Made by a program: the position numbers and the translations under genes
Notes under the pieces: model-generated
What the model was told of the DNA's origin: nothing
The model's input: only the letters and a program-made list of their open reading frames with translations
The model's database searches: none
In this document: in pieces, positions 28,381 through 40,421 of the stretch
Layout of the letters: each line of letters starts with the position of its first letter
How positions within the stretch are numbered: the first letter of the stretch is position 1
Assembly: GCA_027623675.1 (NCBI GenBank)
Contig: JAQBVF010000003.1
Location: 64,001 to 128,000, forward strand
Length of the DNA stretch: 64,000 nucleotides
Reading direction: 5' to 3'
Source of the DNA: Chloroflexota bacterium
GTDB lineage: Bacteria; Chloroflexota; Dehalococcoidia; Lucifugimonadales; UBA3495

Positions 28381-29640
28381 TTAATCCCCGGCTGGCGCGG
28401 GCGCTTCCTCGAAGGGCTTACCCGTGGCCGGGTTCACCTCGAAGGAGCTGGGCAGTTCCAGATCATTGGCGATCTCGCGGACCGCCGGTATGACCTCTTC
28501 GCCCATGAGCCTCAGGCTGCGCATGGCGTCGTCGTGGGTCATGGCGCCATCGCCGTCCCAGAAGAAGACGCTGCCGGGGCGCAGGTACTCAAGGACGTGA
28601 CGTATCTTGGGAATCACCGTTTTCGGCGTTCCCGTGATGATGGTGTAGTCCTTGATCTGCTGCTCGAAGGGCCGTCCCAACACGCCGCCGGCCCCGCCCC
28701 TGGCCGTGGTTGCCACCGCCTGGGTCGGCAGCACCTGGCTGCGGGACGTAAGACCGGGCAGGCTGGTCAGCGCCGGGTTGTTGGTGCCTTCGTTGCCGGC
28801 CAAGAAGGGGTTGCTCGGGCCCTGGATGTATTTGCGGGCGGTCTGCTCGGCCAACTCCTCGGTCTCGTCCACGTGGACCTTCCAGAGGTAGCCCAGGTTC
28901 TGGGGGCCGGACTCGTAGCCCTGTTCGGCGGCGGCCTCATGGTAAAGGTCGAAGGCCTGTTTGGTCGGATCCATCTCGGTGGAGAGCATGATGTAGGGGA
29001 TGCGCTGTTCCGCGGCCCACATCAGCGAATTTCGGCTGACCACGCCGGGCAGCCAGATCTGAGGGTGGGGCTGCTGGTAGGGACGCACCCAAGGGTTCAC
29101 GTGCCGGAATTGATAATGCTTGCCCTCCCAACGGAAGGGTCCGGGAGTGGTCCAAGCCTTCACGATGAACTCGTGGGCCTCTTTGAACCGTTCCCAGTTG
29201 TAGGCGGGGGGCGCGTTGTGGGCCACGCTTTCGCGGCCGGTGCCACGGACCCATCCCGAGACCAGGCGTCCTTTGGATATGAGGTCAATCATGGAAAGCT
29301 GTTCGACCAGCCAAAGGGGGTCGTCCCAGATGGGCAGGATGTTGCCCAAAAGAACGATCTTGGCCCGGTTGGTGATGCGGGCCAAGATGGACGCCTCAAC
29401 ATTCATCGCGCCGCCCATGCAGAACGGCGTGCTGTGGTGCTCGTTCAGCATCAGGCCGTCGAAGCCCATCTCCTCGGCGTAGACCTTCTCATCGAGGTAG
29501 CGGTTGTACAGGCTGGCGCCCAGCTCGGGGTCGTAGGCGGAGTTGCTAACGCCCAGGTCCTTTATGGGCGTGCCGGTGGCTCCGAAGAACCCCGACTTCT
29601 GGTCCTGGTACGGCCTCTCGGTGAAGTATCCGATGAACAT
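28381..29640 (-). CDS. LLM-class flavin-dependent oxidoreductase
   Basis: GFDGLMLNEHH, DLISKGRL, RPYQQPHPQIW. Confidence 0.92.
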   Translation of the reverse strand: MFIGYFTERPYQDQKSGFFGATGTPIKDLGVSNSAYDPELGASLYNRYLDEKVYAEEMGFDGLMLNEHHSTPFCMGGAMNVEASILARITNRAKIVLLGNILPIWDDPLWLVEQLSMIDLISKGRLVSGWVRGTGRESVAHNAPPAYNWERFKEAHEFIVKAWTTPGPFRWEGKHYQFRHVNPWVRPYQQPHPQIWLPGVVSRNSLMWAAEQRIPYIMLSTEMDPTKQAFDLYHEAAAEQGYESGPQNLGYLWKVHVDETEELAEQTARKYIQGPSNPFLAGNEGTNNPALTSLPGLTSRSQVLPTQAVATTARGGAGGVLGRPFEQQIKDYTIITGTPKTVIPKIRHVLEYLRPGSVFFWDGDGAMTHDDAMRSLRLMGEEVIPAVREIANDLELPSSFEVNPATGKPFEEAPAPAGD

Positions 29641-30078
29641 GGCTCAATTCCTTCCGGTCCGGATGCCAAGATTGGGTCAGGCTGGCTAAAACCATCACGC
29701 TCGTGCTGACGTGTGCCGCATTATAGCATCGGTCTCGGCCCGTTGTGCCGAGTTAGCCGCGGTTCTGGCAGTGGCGTTTGCCTGCGGTGGGGTCGGCTAT
29801 ACCTAAAACCCAAAGCGCGGCGGGCAGCGCCAAGCCGACGGGGTCGGTTCGAGATCTTCACCCCTTAGATCTGGCGGGCCAACTAGGCATCACCCCCCTG
29901 GGTCCACCATGGCCGCGTGGCGAGACCCGTGCAAAACAAGGGTAGCCTACGTCGAAATCCGCTTGAAACGCCCAGACCTATATGATAAGCTTCGCACGCC
30001 TAAAATCAGGCCGTTCGCACTCGTGTAGTAATGCTAACCGGTACCCTTCGAGCCTGTAACTTTTAAGAGAGACTCTTC

Positions 30079-32100
<2,022 letters not shown>

Positions 32101-32118
32101 GCCGTACCGCAAAAAACC

Positions 32119-32154
32119 AAAAAGGGCGTCCCGGTTGACCGGGGCGCCCTTTTT
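32119..32154. terminator. Bidirectional intrinsic terminator
   Basis: AAAAAGGGCGTCCCGG...CCGGGGCGCCCTTTTT between convergent genes. Confidence 0.8.
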
Positions 32155-32217
32155 AATTTGCCGGGATTGCATACGGGTGGTTGGTGCCTATCCCCGGCGG
32201 CTATTCCCTATGCTGGT

Positions 32218-32787
32218 CTAATCGGAGGCTTCGAGGTCCACTATGCGGGCGGTGGCGTCTTCTCCGTCGACTTCCAGGATGCCGATCGTGCCCAAGACGC
32301 CCCGCTTGTGCCGGCGTCCAGGGTAGGTCGGGCTGCCGGGGTTCATGATTAAGACGCCGTCCCAGTTGGTGATCAGTTCCTCGTGTGTGTCGCCGAAAAG
32401 CACCACGTCCACCGGCTCTTTGAACTTGCGGGCCAGGATCTCGCGTCCGTTGCCTTCGGGCAGCACCAGGCTGGCGCCGTCGGGGCTGGTGGGGATCTTT
32501 GGTCCAGGCCACTGGATGTCGTGAATCATGCCGATGGACACCCCCTCAGCCTTTACCACGCGGGTGGTCATGGCCAGCCGGTCTCCGTCTTCCAGCGGGT
32601 CTTCATACCCCCGGACCGCCAGCAATGGGGCCACTTCTTCCAGGTAGTCCAAGACGCCCAAGCACTCCAGGTCGCCGCAGTGGAGAATCAGTTCCACGCC
32701 GCGCAGGGCGTCCCGAATCTTTTCCGGCAGGTCTCTCCCGCTGCCCGCCGAATGTGTGTCTGAAATCACGCCGATCTTTACTGTCAC
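32218..32787 (-). CDS. YfcE/MJ0936-family metallophosphoesterase
   Basis: ISDTH, LHCGD, FGDTH, NPGS; the usual GN and GHTH motifs are altered. Confidence 0.85.
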   Translation of the reverse strand: MTVKIGVISDTHSAGSGRDLPEKIRDALRGVELILHCGDLECLGVLDYLEEVAPLLAVRGYEDPLEDGDRLAMTTRVVKAEGVSIGMIHDIQWPGPKIPTSPDGASLVLPEGNGREILARKFKEPVDVVLFGDTHEELITNWDGVLIMNPGSPTYPGRRHKRGVLGTIGILEVDGEDATARIVDLEASD

Positions 32788-32849
32788 AGGCTCACCGGTA
32801 TCGTGGTAAATTTTTCGCTGCTATGTCGCACCAGGCATGGCCCGGAACG

Positions 32850-33869
32850 TCATATGGCTGCCGGCTGTGGCGCCAGAGCCGCGATGGTGCGGCGAATGGC
32901 CTCCAGGCTGGCGCCGTGGGGGAAAGTGGCGATTGGCATGTCGGCCCCCGCCTGCCGGAATCTTGCCAGTTGGCTGCGGCACTGGTCCGGACCGCCCAGG
33001 ACTGCCACGCTCTCCAGCATCCGCTCCGACACCGAGGCGGCGGCGCGTTCCCGGTCTCCCGAACCCCAAGCTTCCCGCACGGCCTGGGCCTCGGCGGCGA
33101 ATCCGGCGCGGCTGAAACTCTCGAAGTAGAACGTCCCCATCCCGCCGATATAGTACGCCATATGGGCCCGCAGCAGTTGCTCGCCGTGGGCCAGGTCTTG
33201 CGCGTTGTCGGCGGCGTAGCACATCAGATAGGGCGCGGCAGTCACGTCGGCGATGCTTCGGCCAGCCTTGCTGGCGGCGGTGGCGATCTGCTCTTTCAGG
33301 TCCGGCAGGCGTTCACGGTTGGCCCAGATGGGCAGCCAGCCGTCGGCCATCTCGCCGGTCAGGGCCAGGTTCTTGGGCCCCAAGCTGGCGATGTAGATGG
33401 GGATGCGCTCTTGCACCGGCGGGGAAATCATGCGGAACCGTGCCATCTGGTAGAACCGGCCTTGGTGATCGACGGTCCCGCCGGCCAGGGCCTTGCGCAG
33501 AATCTCGATGTACTCGCGGGTCCGGGCCAAGGGGGCGTCGAACGGCACGCCATGCCAGCCTTCAATCACCACCTTGCCGCTGCTGCCCAGGCCCAAGATA
33601 GCCCGGCCCTTGGACAGGATATCCAGCGATGCGACGGTCTGCGCGATGAGCGCCGGGGTCCTGCTGAACACCGTGACGATGCCCGTGCCCAGGCGCAGGT
33701 TCTCGGTATGGCAGGCCACCATGGTCAGCACCGTAAAGGCGTCCCGGCCCCAGGACTCGCCGGTCCAGAACGAGTGATAACCCAGCATGTCGGCCTGTTG
33801 GGCGATGGCGATCACGTCTTCGTCGCCGGTTTCCCGGCTGGCGTTCAGGAATAACCCGATATCGTTCAT
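32850..33869 (-). CDS. LLM-class (probably F420-dependent) oxidoreductase
   Basis: WTGESWGRDAF, LGTGI...SRTPAL, LSKGRAILGLG, GPKNL...ADGW. Confidence 0.9.
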   Translation of the reverse strand: MNDIGLFLNASRETGDEDVIAIAQQADMLGYHSFWTGESWGRDAFTVLTMVACHTENLRLGTGIVTVFSRTPALIAQTVASLDILSKGRAILGLGSSGKVVIEGWHGVPFDAPLARTREYIEILRKALAGGTVDHQGRFYQMARFRMISPPVQERIPIYIASLGPKNLALTGEMADGWLPIWANRERLPDLKEQIATAASKAGRSIADVTAAPYLMCYAADNAQDLAHGEQLLRAHMAYYIGGMGTFYFESFSRAGFAAEAQAVREAWGSGDRERAAASVSERMLESVAVLGGPDQCRSQLARFRQAGADMPIATFPHGASLEAIRRTIAALAPQPAAI

Positions 33870-33998
33870 CGAAGGGTCCTATCGCAACGTTCGCGTTGGG
33901 TGGATGGCGGGAGGTCTCAGCGATTATAGGGGAGGGAGTTGGGTGCGCGCCAGAAACCGGGGACGGTCTGGACAGGCGGCGGCTGACAACGAAAAAGG

Positions 33999-34574
33999 CT
34001 AGTTGCGGCTTTCCCAGAGGGTGAAGTAATCGGGCGAATCGCCCTTGAACGCTTCCGTGACCTGCTGTTCGCTCAACTTCTGCATGATGGTCATCTCCCG
34101 TTCCACCAGGTCGGAGATGGTGCCCTCCCACCGGTCTGACTCGGCGCCTTTGACGCTGGAGTGAATCAGGTCCCTCAGACCGTCCAATATCCTGCCGGTG
34201 TGGGTGGCAAGGGCGCCGCCGCTGACCACGTAGACCACCACCGAGGGGATCTCGTCTTCGTCGTCCACCTGCACCCCCAGCCGGTCCAGGATGAACGTCA
34301 TGGCGATATCACGGACCGTCTCTTCGACGACGACCGGCAGGTTGATGAAGTGGGAGAAGGGGGACTCGTTGGATGAACGCAGCGACTCTGAGAACTCGGC
34401 CTCCACCGTGCGGTAGAACTCGTCGTCGAAGACATCTTCGGTCTTGAGGAGCAGGACCTGGGAGCTGTCTTCCCGGGCGTCAATCACGAGGAATTCGGTT
34501 AGATGAGGAAAGATGCAGAGTTGAATATCCGGACGCCCGCCGCCGGGTAATTGTGGGTTGAACAGTTGTTCCAT
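33999..34574 (-). CDS. Hypothetical protein
   Basis: Acidic 191-aa ORF with coding-like bias; no family recognised. Confidence 0.75.
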   Translation of the reverse strand: MEQLFNPQLPGGGRPDIQLCIFPHLTEFLVIDAREDSSQVLLLKTEDVFDDEFYRTVEAEFSESLRSSNESPFSHFINLPVVVEETVRDIAMTFILDRLGVQVDDEDEIPSVVVYVVSGGALATHTGRILDGLRDLIHSSVKGAESDRWEGTISDLVEREMTIMQKLSEQQVTEAFKGDSPDYFTLWESRN

Positions 34575-34762
34575 GTATCCCGTTTGTTCTGCTTCCTTCA
34601 GGCTTGGCCCACGCTAGAGACATGTGGCCCAAGACACGAGGAACCTTGGGTGGGGCATCGGTGGGCGCCTTGCCAACACTTTAAACCCGGAAAATGTAAT
34701 TTGCCAGCCTTTGCGCCTGGCGGGTCCCTGGGGGCGGAGAACCCAAATCAAACGCGATCAAC

Positions 34763-36262
34763 CTAAAGAAGGTCTGAGATGTCCTTCAATTGCTGGTAGA
34801 GCCAGTGATTGATGTCCTCCCGGTGTACAGAATCGGACATCCGGGTGGCCCGGTCTTTCCGGTCCTCTGGGGACATCGTTATCGCTTGGTGCAGCGCGTT
34901 CATGGTGCCTTCGACGTCGGTGGGTGACACGCTTAGCGCGCCGTCGGCCAGTTGGCGGTGCACCCCGCTGCTGTGTGAGAGCACCAGCACGCCGTCGCGG
35001 CCGTTGACCACCGGCCCTTCCTTGGCGACTAGGTTCATGCCCTCGACCAAGGTGTTCACCAACAGGGCATCGTACAGCTTCATTCCCGCGATCGCCTGAG
35101 TGTAGTTGTTCTCGATGAATGGTAATATCGGCTGCCAATCATCGTTCCCGTGGTTGTTGTTGATCTGCTGGATCACCTGCTGAATCTCGTCCATGTACCG
35201 CTGGTACTGGCGGATGTGGGTCCGGGACGGCACGAGGAAGGCCAGGAATTTAACCCTGCCCTTGAGCTCGGGGTAGCGGTTGAGCAACAGCTCGTAGGCG
35301 CGGAACCCCCGGACGATGTTCTTGTTGGGCTCGGCCCGGTCGATCCGCACGATGGTTATCTCGCCGGTGTCGGCGGCAAGCTTGGACTCGTAGTCCAGGG
35401 CGCGGGGCGAGTTGGCGATGCGCTGCACCTCCTCCACGTTGATGGAGATGGGGTAGACCTTAACCGAGGTTGCATGGCCGTTGCGCATGACCGTGTTATT
35501 GGTTCGGTCGACGCTCACATCTGGGACGAATTCTTCAACGGTGTCAAGGAAGCAACGAACGTCGCCGATGGTCTGGAAGCCCAGCAGGTCGGTGGCACAC
35601 AGCGATTCGCAGATGCGGCGGATGATGTACTCGGGAATCATGTGCCAGTACAGGGGCGTGGGCCAGGGTATGTGTATGAAGTGCTGAATGACAGCGTTGG
35701 GAACTCCCTGCCGCACGAACTCGGGCATCAGGTACAGGTGGTAATCGTGGCCGATGACGATGGGCGCCTGTTCCGTGGAACGGGCTTCTTCGATCACGGC
35801 GTTGGCGAAGGCCTGGTTAACCGGAATGTAGCCCGTTTCCCAGGCGTCGTGTACGGCGGCGTCGACGTTGGGGTTGTACGGCGGGTTCCACATGTAGTGC
35901 TGCAGGAACCAGAGAAGCGGGTTGCAGAGGACGTTGTAGTACTTGTGGTACACGCGCCTGGGAGTGACCACGTAGCGCAGGTTAATCTTGTGGTTGGGCA
36001 GGGGGGACCGTAGGTGGGGACCTTGGCCGTTCTGGGAGACCACCCGGTCGCCCTCCCCCATGGCGCTGGCCACCCAGGTGAACTCGTGGTTCTGCATCAT
36101 CGAGCTAAAAGCGGTGACCACACTGCCGCTGCCCCGGCGGGCTTCCGGGCGGCCTTCGGCGGACATCTGGTGTTCAACCGGGCCGCGGTTACTTACCAAA
36201 ATGAGAGGGCGCTGCGAAAAAACGGCGTTGCAAAGCTCGTTCAGTTCTGCGGCGTCAGCCAT
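34763..36262 (-). CDS. otsA: Trehalose-6-phosphate synthase family (GT20)
   Basis: VSNRGP, HDYHL, FIHIPWP, LLGFQ, YPISI, EGMNLVAKEG. Confidence 0.85.
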   Translation of the reverse strand: MADAAELNELCNAVFSQRPLILVSNRGPVEHQMSAEGRPEARRGSGSVVTAFSSMMQNHEFTWVASAMGEGDRVVSQNGQGPHLRSPLPNHKINLRYVVTPRRVYHKYYNVLCNPLLWFLQHYMWNPPYNPNVDAAVHDAWETGYIPVNQAFANAVIEEARSTEQAPIVIGHDYHLYLMPEFVRQGVPNAVIQHFIHIPWPTPLYWHMIPEYIIRRICESLCATDLLGFQTIGDVRCFLDTVEEFVPDVSVDRTNNTVMRNGHATSVKVYPISINVEEVQRIANSPRALDYESKLAADTGEITIVRIDRAEPNKNIVRGFRAYELLLNRYPELKGRVKFLAFLVPSRTHIRQYQRYMDEIQQVIQQINNNHGNDDWQPILPFIENNYTQAIAGMKLYDALLVNTLVEGMNLVAKEGPVVNGRDGVLVLSHSSGVHRQLADGALSVSPTDVEGTMNALHQAITMSPEDRKDRATRMSDSVHREDINHWLYQQLKDISDLL

Positions 36263-36516
36263 GCTGCGTGCCTGTCAGGATCCTTTTTAGCATCCCGTCA
36301 CCCAAGTCAGAGACGATTCCAGCCGAGACTGGTTTGTTCTGAATAATCGAAGTATTTAATCAAATCCTACGGTTGTGAACGGATTTTGATTAAATGAATA
36401 TAATGATTTCGCCTACCATGTATCGGTTTCGGCAACATCATCGTTCGGTGGATTCCCAGTTGTCAAGACAGATTGCCGGGCCTGGTTCCACGTCTTCGGG
36501 GCATGCCCAGCCTGGC

Positions 36517-37293
36517 TTACGCCGTCCGTCCCGCCAGCTTGGCGATGGCCGGTAAGACCTCTGCCAGCTTGGACACGGTGATATCGGGTTCGGATTCGGG
36601 GTCGTTGGGGTCTTTACGTTCGTCGAACCCGCTGATCCAGACCGTTTTCATCCCGCAACGCTTGGCGCCCACCACGTCATTCATCACGTGGTCGCCCACA
36701 TGTATCGTCTGCTCCGGCGTTGCCTCCATCTGGCGGAGGGTCATCAGGAAAATCGCGGCGGCGGGCTTGGCCAGCTTTACCTCGTCGGAAAAGATCAGGG
36801 TGTGAAAGTATTTCAGCATGCCCCGTTCTTCCAAGTAAGCGCGGAAGGTGAACCCGGGGGTCATACCGGTATTGGAGATCAGCCCGATCCTTAATCCTAA
36901 GTCCGTGACTCCTTGCAGGACCCGAACCGCGTCCTCGTGGGCCGGGGGCGGATGGACCAAGAACGAGTCTGAGTAATGCCGGGCAATCTCATTCATGTAT
37001 CTAGAGTCATTCCGTTCCAGGCGGTCAACCAGCCCGGGACTGATGTGGTTGACGAAGATGGACACCTGCTCTCGGAAATCGACGTCCAAGCCCTTTTCAC
37101 GCAGCTCGCGGCATTGCTGGAAGCAGGACATGTAGGCCCCGTTGATCGCCTCCAGGTCGTAGCTCTCGCCGAAATCCTCGATCTCGGTCCGGGCAGCCTC
37201 AAGCCGGACCAGAGCGCGCGCCTGCCCCAGGTCCCGCTCGTCTAACAACAGGGTCTGCCAAAGGTCAAAGGTTACGGTGGTGATCTCGGCCAA
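36517..37293 (-). CDS. HAD family hydrolase
   Basis: TFDLWQTL, LISN, KP, HVGD...DVVGA; probable TTG start. Confidence 0.85.
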   Translation of the reverse strand: MAEITTVTFDLWQTLLLDERDLGQARALVRLEAARTEIEDFGESYDLEAINGAYMSCFQQCRELREKGLDVDFREQVSIFVNHISPGLVDRLERNDSRYMNEIARHYSDSFLVHPPPAHEDAVRVLQGVTDLGLRIGLISNTGMTPGFTFRAYLEERGMLKYFHTLIFSDEVKLAKPAAAIFLMTLRQMEATPEQTIHVGDHVMNDVVGAKRCGMKTVWISGFDERKDPNDPESEPDITVSKLAEVLPAIAKLAGRTA

Positions 37294-37539
37294 TGCTTCT
37301 TGAACTCCGCTCTGTTCGGCCCTTAGACCGCGATCTAAAAAGCCCAAACTCAATTCTACACGATACGAGGTGCTTTGACCGTGTCCGGACCGTATGGTAC
37401 CGGGAATGACGAATAAGCCAAACTCGGCAACGATGACACCCGGCAAAAATGTTATGCATCTGCGCCCATAAACGGAGATGCAGGGTAACTCGATCAAAGT
37501 CTAGCAGTCATCTCCGCGTTGCCCCCGGCGGCGAGCCGG

Positions 37540-38952
37540 CTAGAGGGGCGGGCGGCGGGTGTGCCAGTCGGTTGCCTGCTCGTAGGCGTGGGCGGCGCGC
37601 AGCACGGTCAACTCGTCGAACGGCTTGCCGGCCAGTTGCAGCCCAATGGGCATCCCCTCGGTCGAGAAGCCGCAGGGCACGGAGATGGCGGGGAAACCAT
37701 TGATGTTGTAGGGACGGGTGTACTGGGTCAGCGCGCCCACCACGCCCACCTCCTGCTCTCCGGCCATCACCCGGGAGGCCAGGATCTCGGGGGCGGTCAC
37801 CGGCTCGGTGGGTCCGGCCAGCAGGTCAACGTCATCCAGCAGCCGCCGTCCTTCCTGGTCCAAGAGAGCGCGGGCCTGCTGCGCCCGCAGATAATCCGCG
37901 GCGCTGATGAACAACCCAGCCTCTAACCGTTGCCGCACCGGCTCATATAGCTGGTGGCCGTCCTTCTCCAGCAGGTCGCGGTGGTAGGCCGTAGCCTCGG
38001 CCATCAACACGGTGCTGGAGATAGCCTGAGACTGGTTGAACATGGGGAATGAGACCTCTTTGACCACCGCCCCCATGCTCTCCAGCAGGCTGACCGCGTC
38101 CTCCACGGCTTTTCTCACCTCGGCGTCCAGAGGGGCATCGAAGTATTCTTTGACCATGCCGATGCGGAGGCCGCGCACGTCGCCCGTAAGGGCGGAAGTG
38201 TAATCGGGGATAGCAACGTTGGCTGAGGCCACATCCTTGGGGTCGTAGCCGGCGATGGCGTTCATGGTGATGGCTGTGTCTTCCACCGTGCGCGTCATGG
38301 GGCCGGGGTGGTCCAGCGACCAGGACAACGGCGTCAACCCGTGGCGGCTGACCAGTCCGTAGGTGGGTTTCAGGCCCACGATGCCGCAGAGCGCGGCGGG
38401 GATGCGGATGGACCCGCCGGTGTCGCTGCCGGTGGTGATCGTGCATTGTCCGGCAGCGTTGGCCGAGCCGGAGCCGCCGCTGGAGCCGCCGGTGACCCTA
38501 TCGGGGTTCCAGGGGTTGTGCATATGGCCGTAGTCAGGGTTCTCGCCCGTCGGCCCATAGGCGAACTGGTGCATGTTTAACTTGCCGAGCAGGATCGCCC
38601 CGGCCCTCCGAAACCTGGCGGCCACGGTACAGTCTTCGGTCGGGACGAAGGTGTCGAAAATCTTGGAGCCGGAGGTTGTGCGCACCCCGCCGGTGTTGTA
38701 CAGGTCTTTCAGGCCGACGGGGATGCCATGCAGCGGGCCTCGGTACCGGCCTGCCTGAATGTCCCTCTCGGCCTGGCGGGCGGCGGTGCGGGACTCGTCG
38801 GCCAGGAGGGTGATGAACGAGTTCAACACCGGCTCGGTCTCTTCGATTCGGGCCAGATGGGCGTCGATTATCTCAACCGGCGAGACCTCTTTCTTCTGGA
38901 CCAGCTTGGCGAGGTCCGCGGCGCTCATGTAGCAGATTTCCAGTTTGTCCAT
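37540..38952 (-). CDS. Amidase-signature enzyme (GatA/AtzE-like)
   Basis: GLKD, GGSSGGS, GSDTGGSIRIPA. Confidence 0.92.
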   Translation of the reverse strand: MDKLEICYMSAADLAKLVQKKEVSPVEIIDAHLARIEETEPVLNSFITLLADESRTAARQAERDIQAGRYRGPLHGIPVGLKDLYNTGGVRTTSGSKIFDTFVPTEDCTVAARFRRAGAILLGKLNMHQFAYGPTGENPDYGHMHNPWNPDRVTGGSSGGSGSANAAGQCTITTGSDTGGSIRIPAALCGIVGLKPTYGLVSRHGLTPLSWSLDHPGPMTRTVEDTAITMNAIAGYDPKDVASANVAIPDYTSALTGDVRGLRIGMVKEYFDAPLDAEVRKAVEDAVSLLESMGAVVKEVSFPMFNQSQAISSTVLMAEATAYHRDLLEKDGHQLYEPVRQRLEAGLFISAADYLRAQQARALLDQEGRRLLDDVDLLAGPTEPVTAPEILASRVMAGEQEVGVVGALTQYTRPYNINGFPAISVPCGFSTEGMPIGLQLAGKPFDELTVLRAAHAYEQATDWHTRRPPL

Positions 38953-39056
38953 CAGGACGGCCTCCCTGGATGTTTGGGCATTTTGGGTAACTTTTACGGA
39001 AAGATGCCGGGGCCGGCGGACCGCCTGCCGGGCCAATTTTCGGGCTGAATTCCGGG

Positions 39057-39251
39057 CTAATTAACCTTGGGGATAAACGCCATGTCCGGCTCGGTGTCGG
39101 TCACGTCAATCTTGCGAATGACATCGGCGCTGATGAATACCCCGCGGGTCTGAGAGTAAAGTTCGTCCAGGTAATCCGGTTCGCCGGTGATGCCCAAGCG
39201 TTCTGCCTGCTGGTCGAACTCCTCTCTGGTTAGCTGTTTATCCGAAGCCAT
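39057..39251 (-). CDS. Small amidase partner protein (GatC/AtzG-like)
   Basis: 64 aa, directly upstream of the amidase, ending DVTDTEPDMAF; GAGG RBS. Confidence 0.65.
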   Translation of the reverse strand: MASDKQLTREEFDQQAERLGITGEPDYLDELYSQTRGVFISADVIRKIDVTDTEPDMAFIPKVN

Positions 39252-39432
39252 TTGGGCACCTCTTGTGGGCGGGTCTGGGCCGCAGTCATTATGGCCGAGG
39301 TTGTCGTGTCTGGCAATCTTGGCGTGATGCGTGGACAGACGCGCCGGCAGGCAACGGTGAAAGGCGCGAAACAGGGGCTAGGAAATAAGCGTTAGGTTGA
39401 TATAATTCACCCTGGCGCGTATAGGCTAATGG

Positions 39433-40299
39433 ATGGCCGTGACCCGGCATGGAATCAATATGCCCTGGTTTTGGAGGCAACATAACGATGTTTCGTCGAG
39501 ACAAAGAGCGGGTGGACCTCTTTGTGACGGTGAGGACCTCCCGGCATTGGCTCTCGAAGTGCCCGTAGCTGATCCCCTACCCCCGGCCCGCCGAAGCGCC
39601 ACCCGCCCCAGGGGAGGGGTGACGTGGGGCACCGGACAGATCATCGCCGGGATCTTCCTGGTCATGTTCTCTCTCTTTGGAGCGGCGGCGCTGGCCTCGC
39701 TTCTGGGCTCGCTGTATCCAGAGCAGAGAGATGCCGTGGCGACCTGGATCAGCGTTCACCTCACGGCCCTGGCGATCGTTGCCGTAGTTTGGGCCCTGGG
39801 GCTGCGTTACACCCGGTACCCCCTGGCGGTGCTCAAGCTCAGCCGGATAAAGGTCCCGAAGAAAAGCACTGTCTTTCTGATGGTTGGGGTCCTGGCCACC
39901 AGTTTGATCGCCACATCGATTTACGGCGGCGTCGTTTCCTGGTTGGGGTGGGACCTGCTCACCCCGCCGGAGCTGAAATCCGACATAGTCTTCAATGGCC
40001 CGGCGGTCCTGCTCTCATTCCAGGCCCTGGCATTCATTACGCCCCTCAGCGAGGAGATATTCTTTCGCGGGTTCGTCTTTGGCGGCTTGTTGGCCCGGTT
40101 TGGGCCGTGGCCGGCCATGGTGATCAGTGGGCTGATCTTCAGTGCCTTTCATCTGTCCCTGGGCGTGGCCGTTCCCATCTTCATCACCGGGTTCCTGCTG
40201 GCCTGGCTGTACTGGCGCACCGGCTCGCTTTGGGCGGCCATCGGGGCGCATGCTGGTCAGAACGCGCTGGCGCTGGGCGTCCAAGCCCTGTCCTCGTAG
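39433..40299 (+). CDS. CPBP/Abi (CAAX-protease-like) intramembrane metalloprotease
   Basis: EEIFFRG, FSAFH, HAGQN; start uncertain. Confidence 0.88.
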   Translation: MAVTRHGINMPWFWRQHNDVSSRQRAGGPLCDGEDLPALALEVPVADPLPPARRSATRPRGGVTWGTGQIIAGIFLVMFSLFGAAALASLLGSLYPEQRDAVATWISVHLTALAIVAVVWALGLRYTRYPLAVLKLSRIKVPKKSTVFLMVGVLATSLIATSIYGGVVSWLGWDLLTPPELKSDIVFNGPAVLLSFQALAFITPLSEEIFFRGFVFGGLLARFGPWPAMVISGLIFSAFHLSLGVAVPIFITGFLLAWLYWRTGSLWAAIGAHAGQNALALGVQALSS

Positions 40300-40421
40300 A
40301 TCTGTGGGGGTAGACACCGTGGGGGTAGTGCGTTAGATTTGCCTATACCGCCAGTCACGCGTGTATCGCGGCGTAATGGTGCGTAAATCTCAGTTCAAGG
40401 CGTGGGCGAAGCTAGTATCCG

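Noticed and set aside
28258..29709. Long antisense ORFs (483 aa here; also 32499..33854, 45118..46407, 22602..23564)
   Set aside because: Shadow frames of well-supported opposite-strand genes, common in high-GC DNA.
29700..30078. Riboswitch upstream of hppA
   Set aside because: No recognisable aptamer consensus; only a plausible TTGAAA-17-TAAGCT promoter.
37540..39251. gatCA call
   Set aside because: No gatB is adjacent and the small protein is shorter than typical GatC; a catabolic amidase with partner is more likely.
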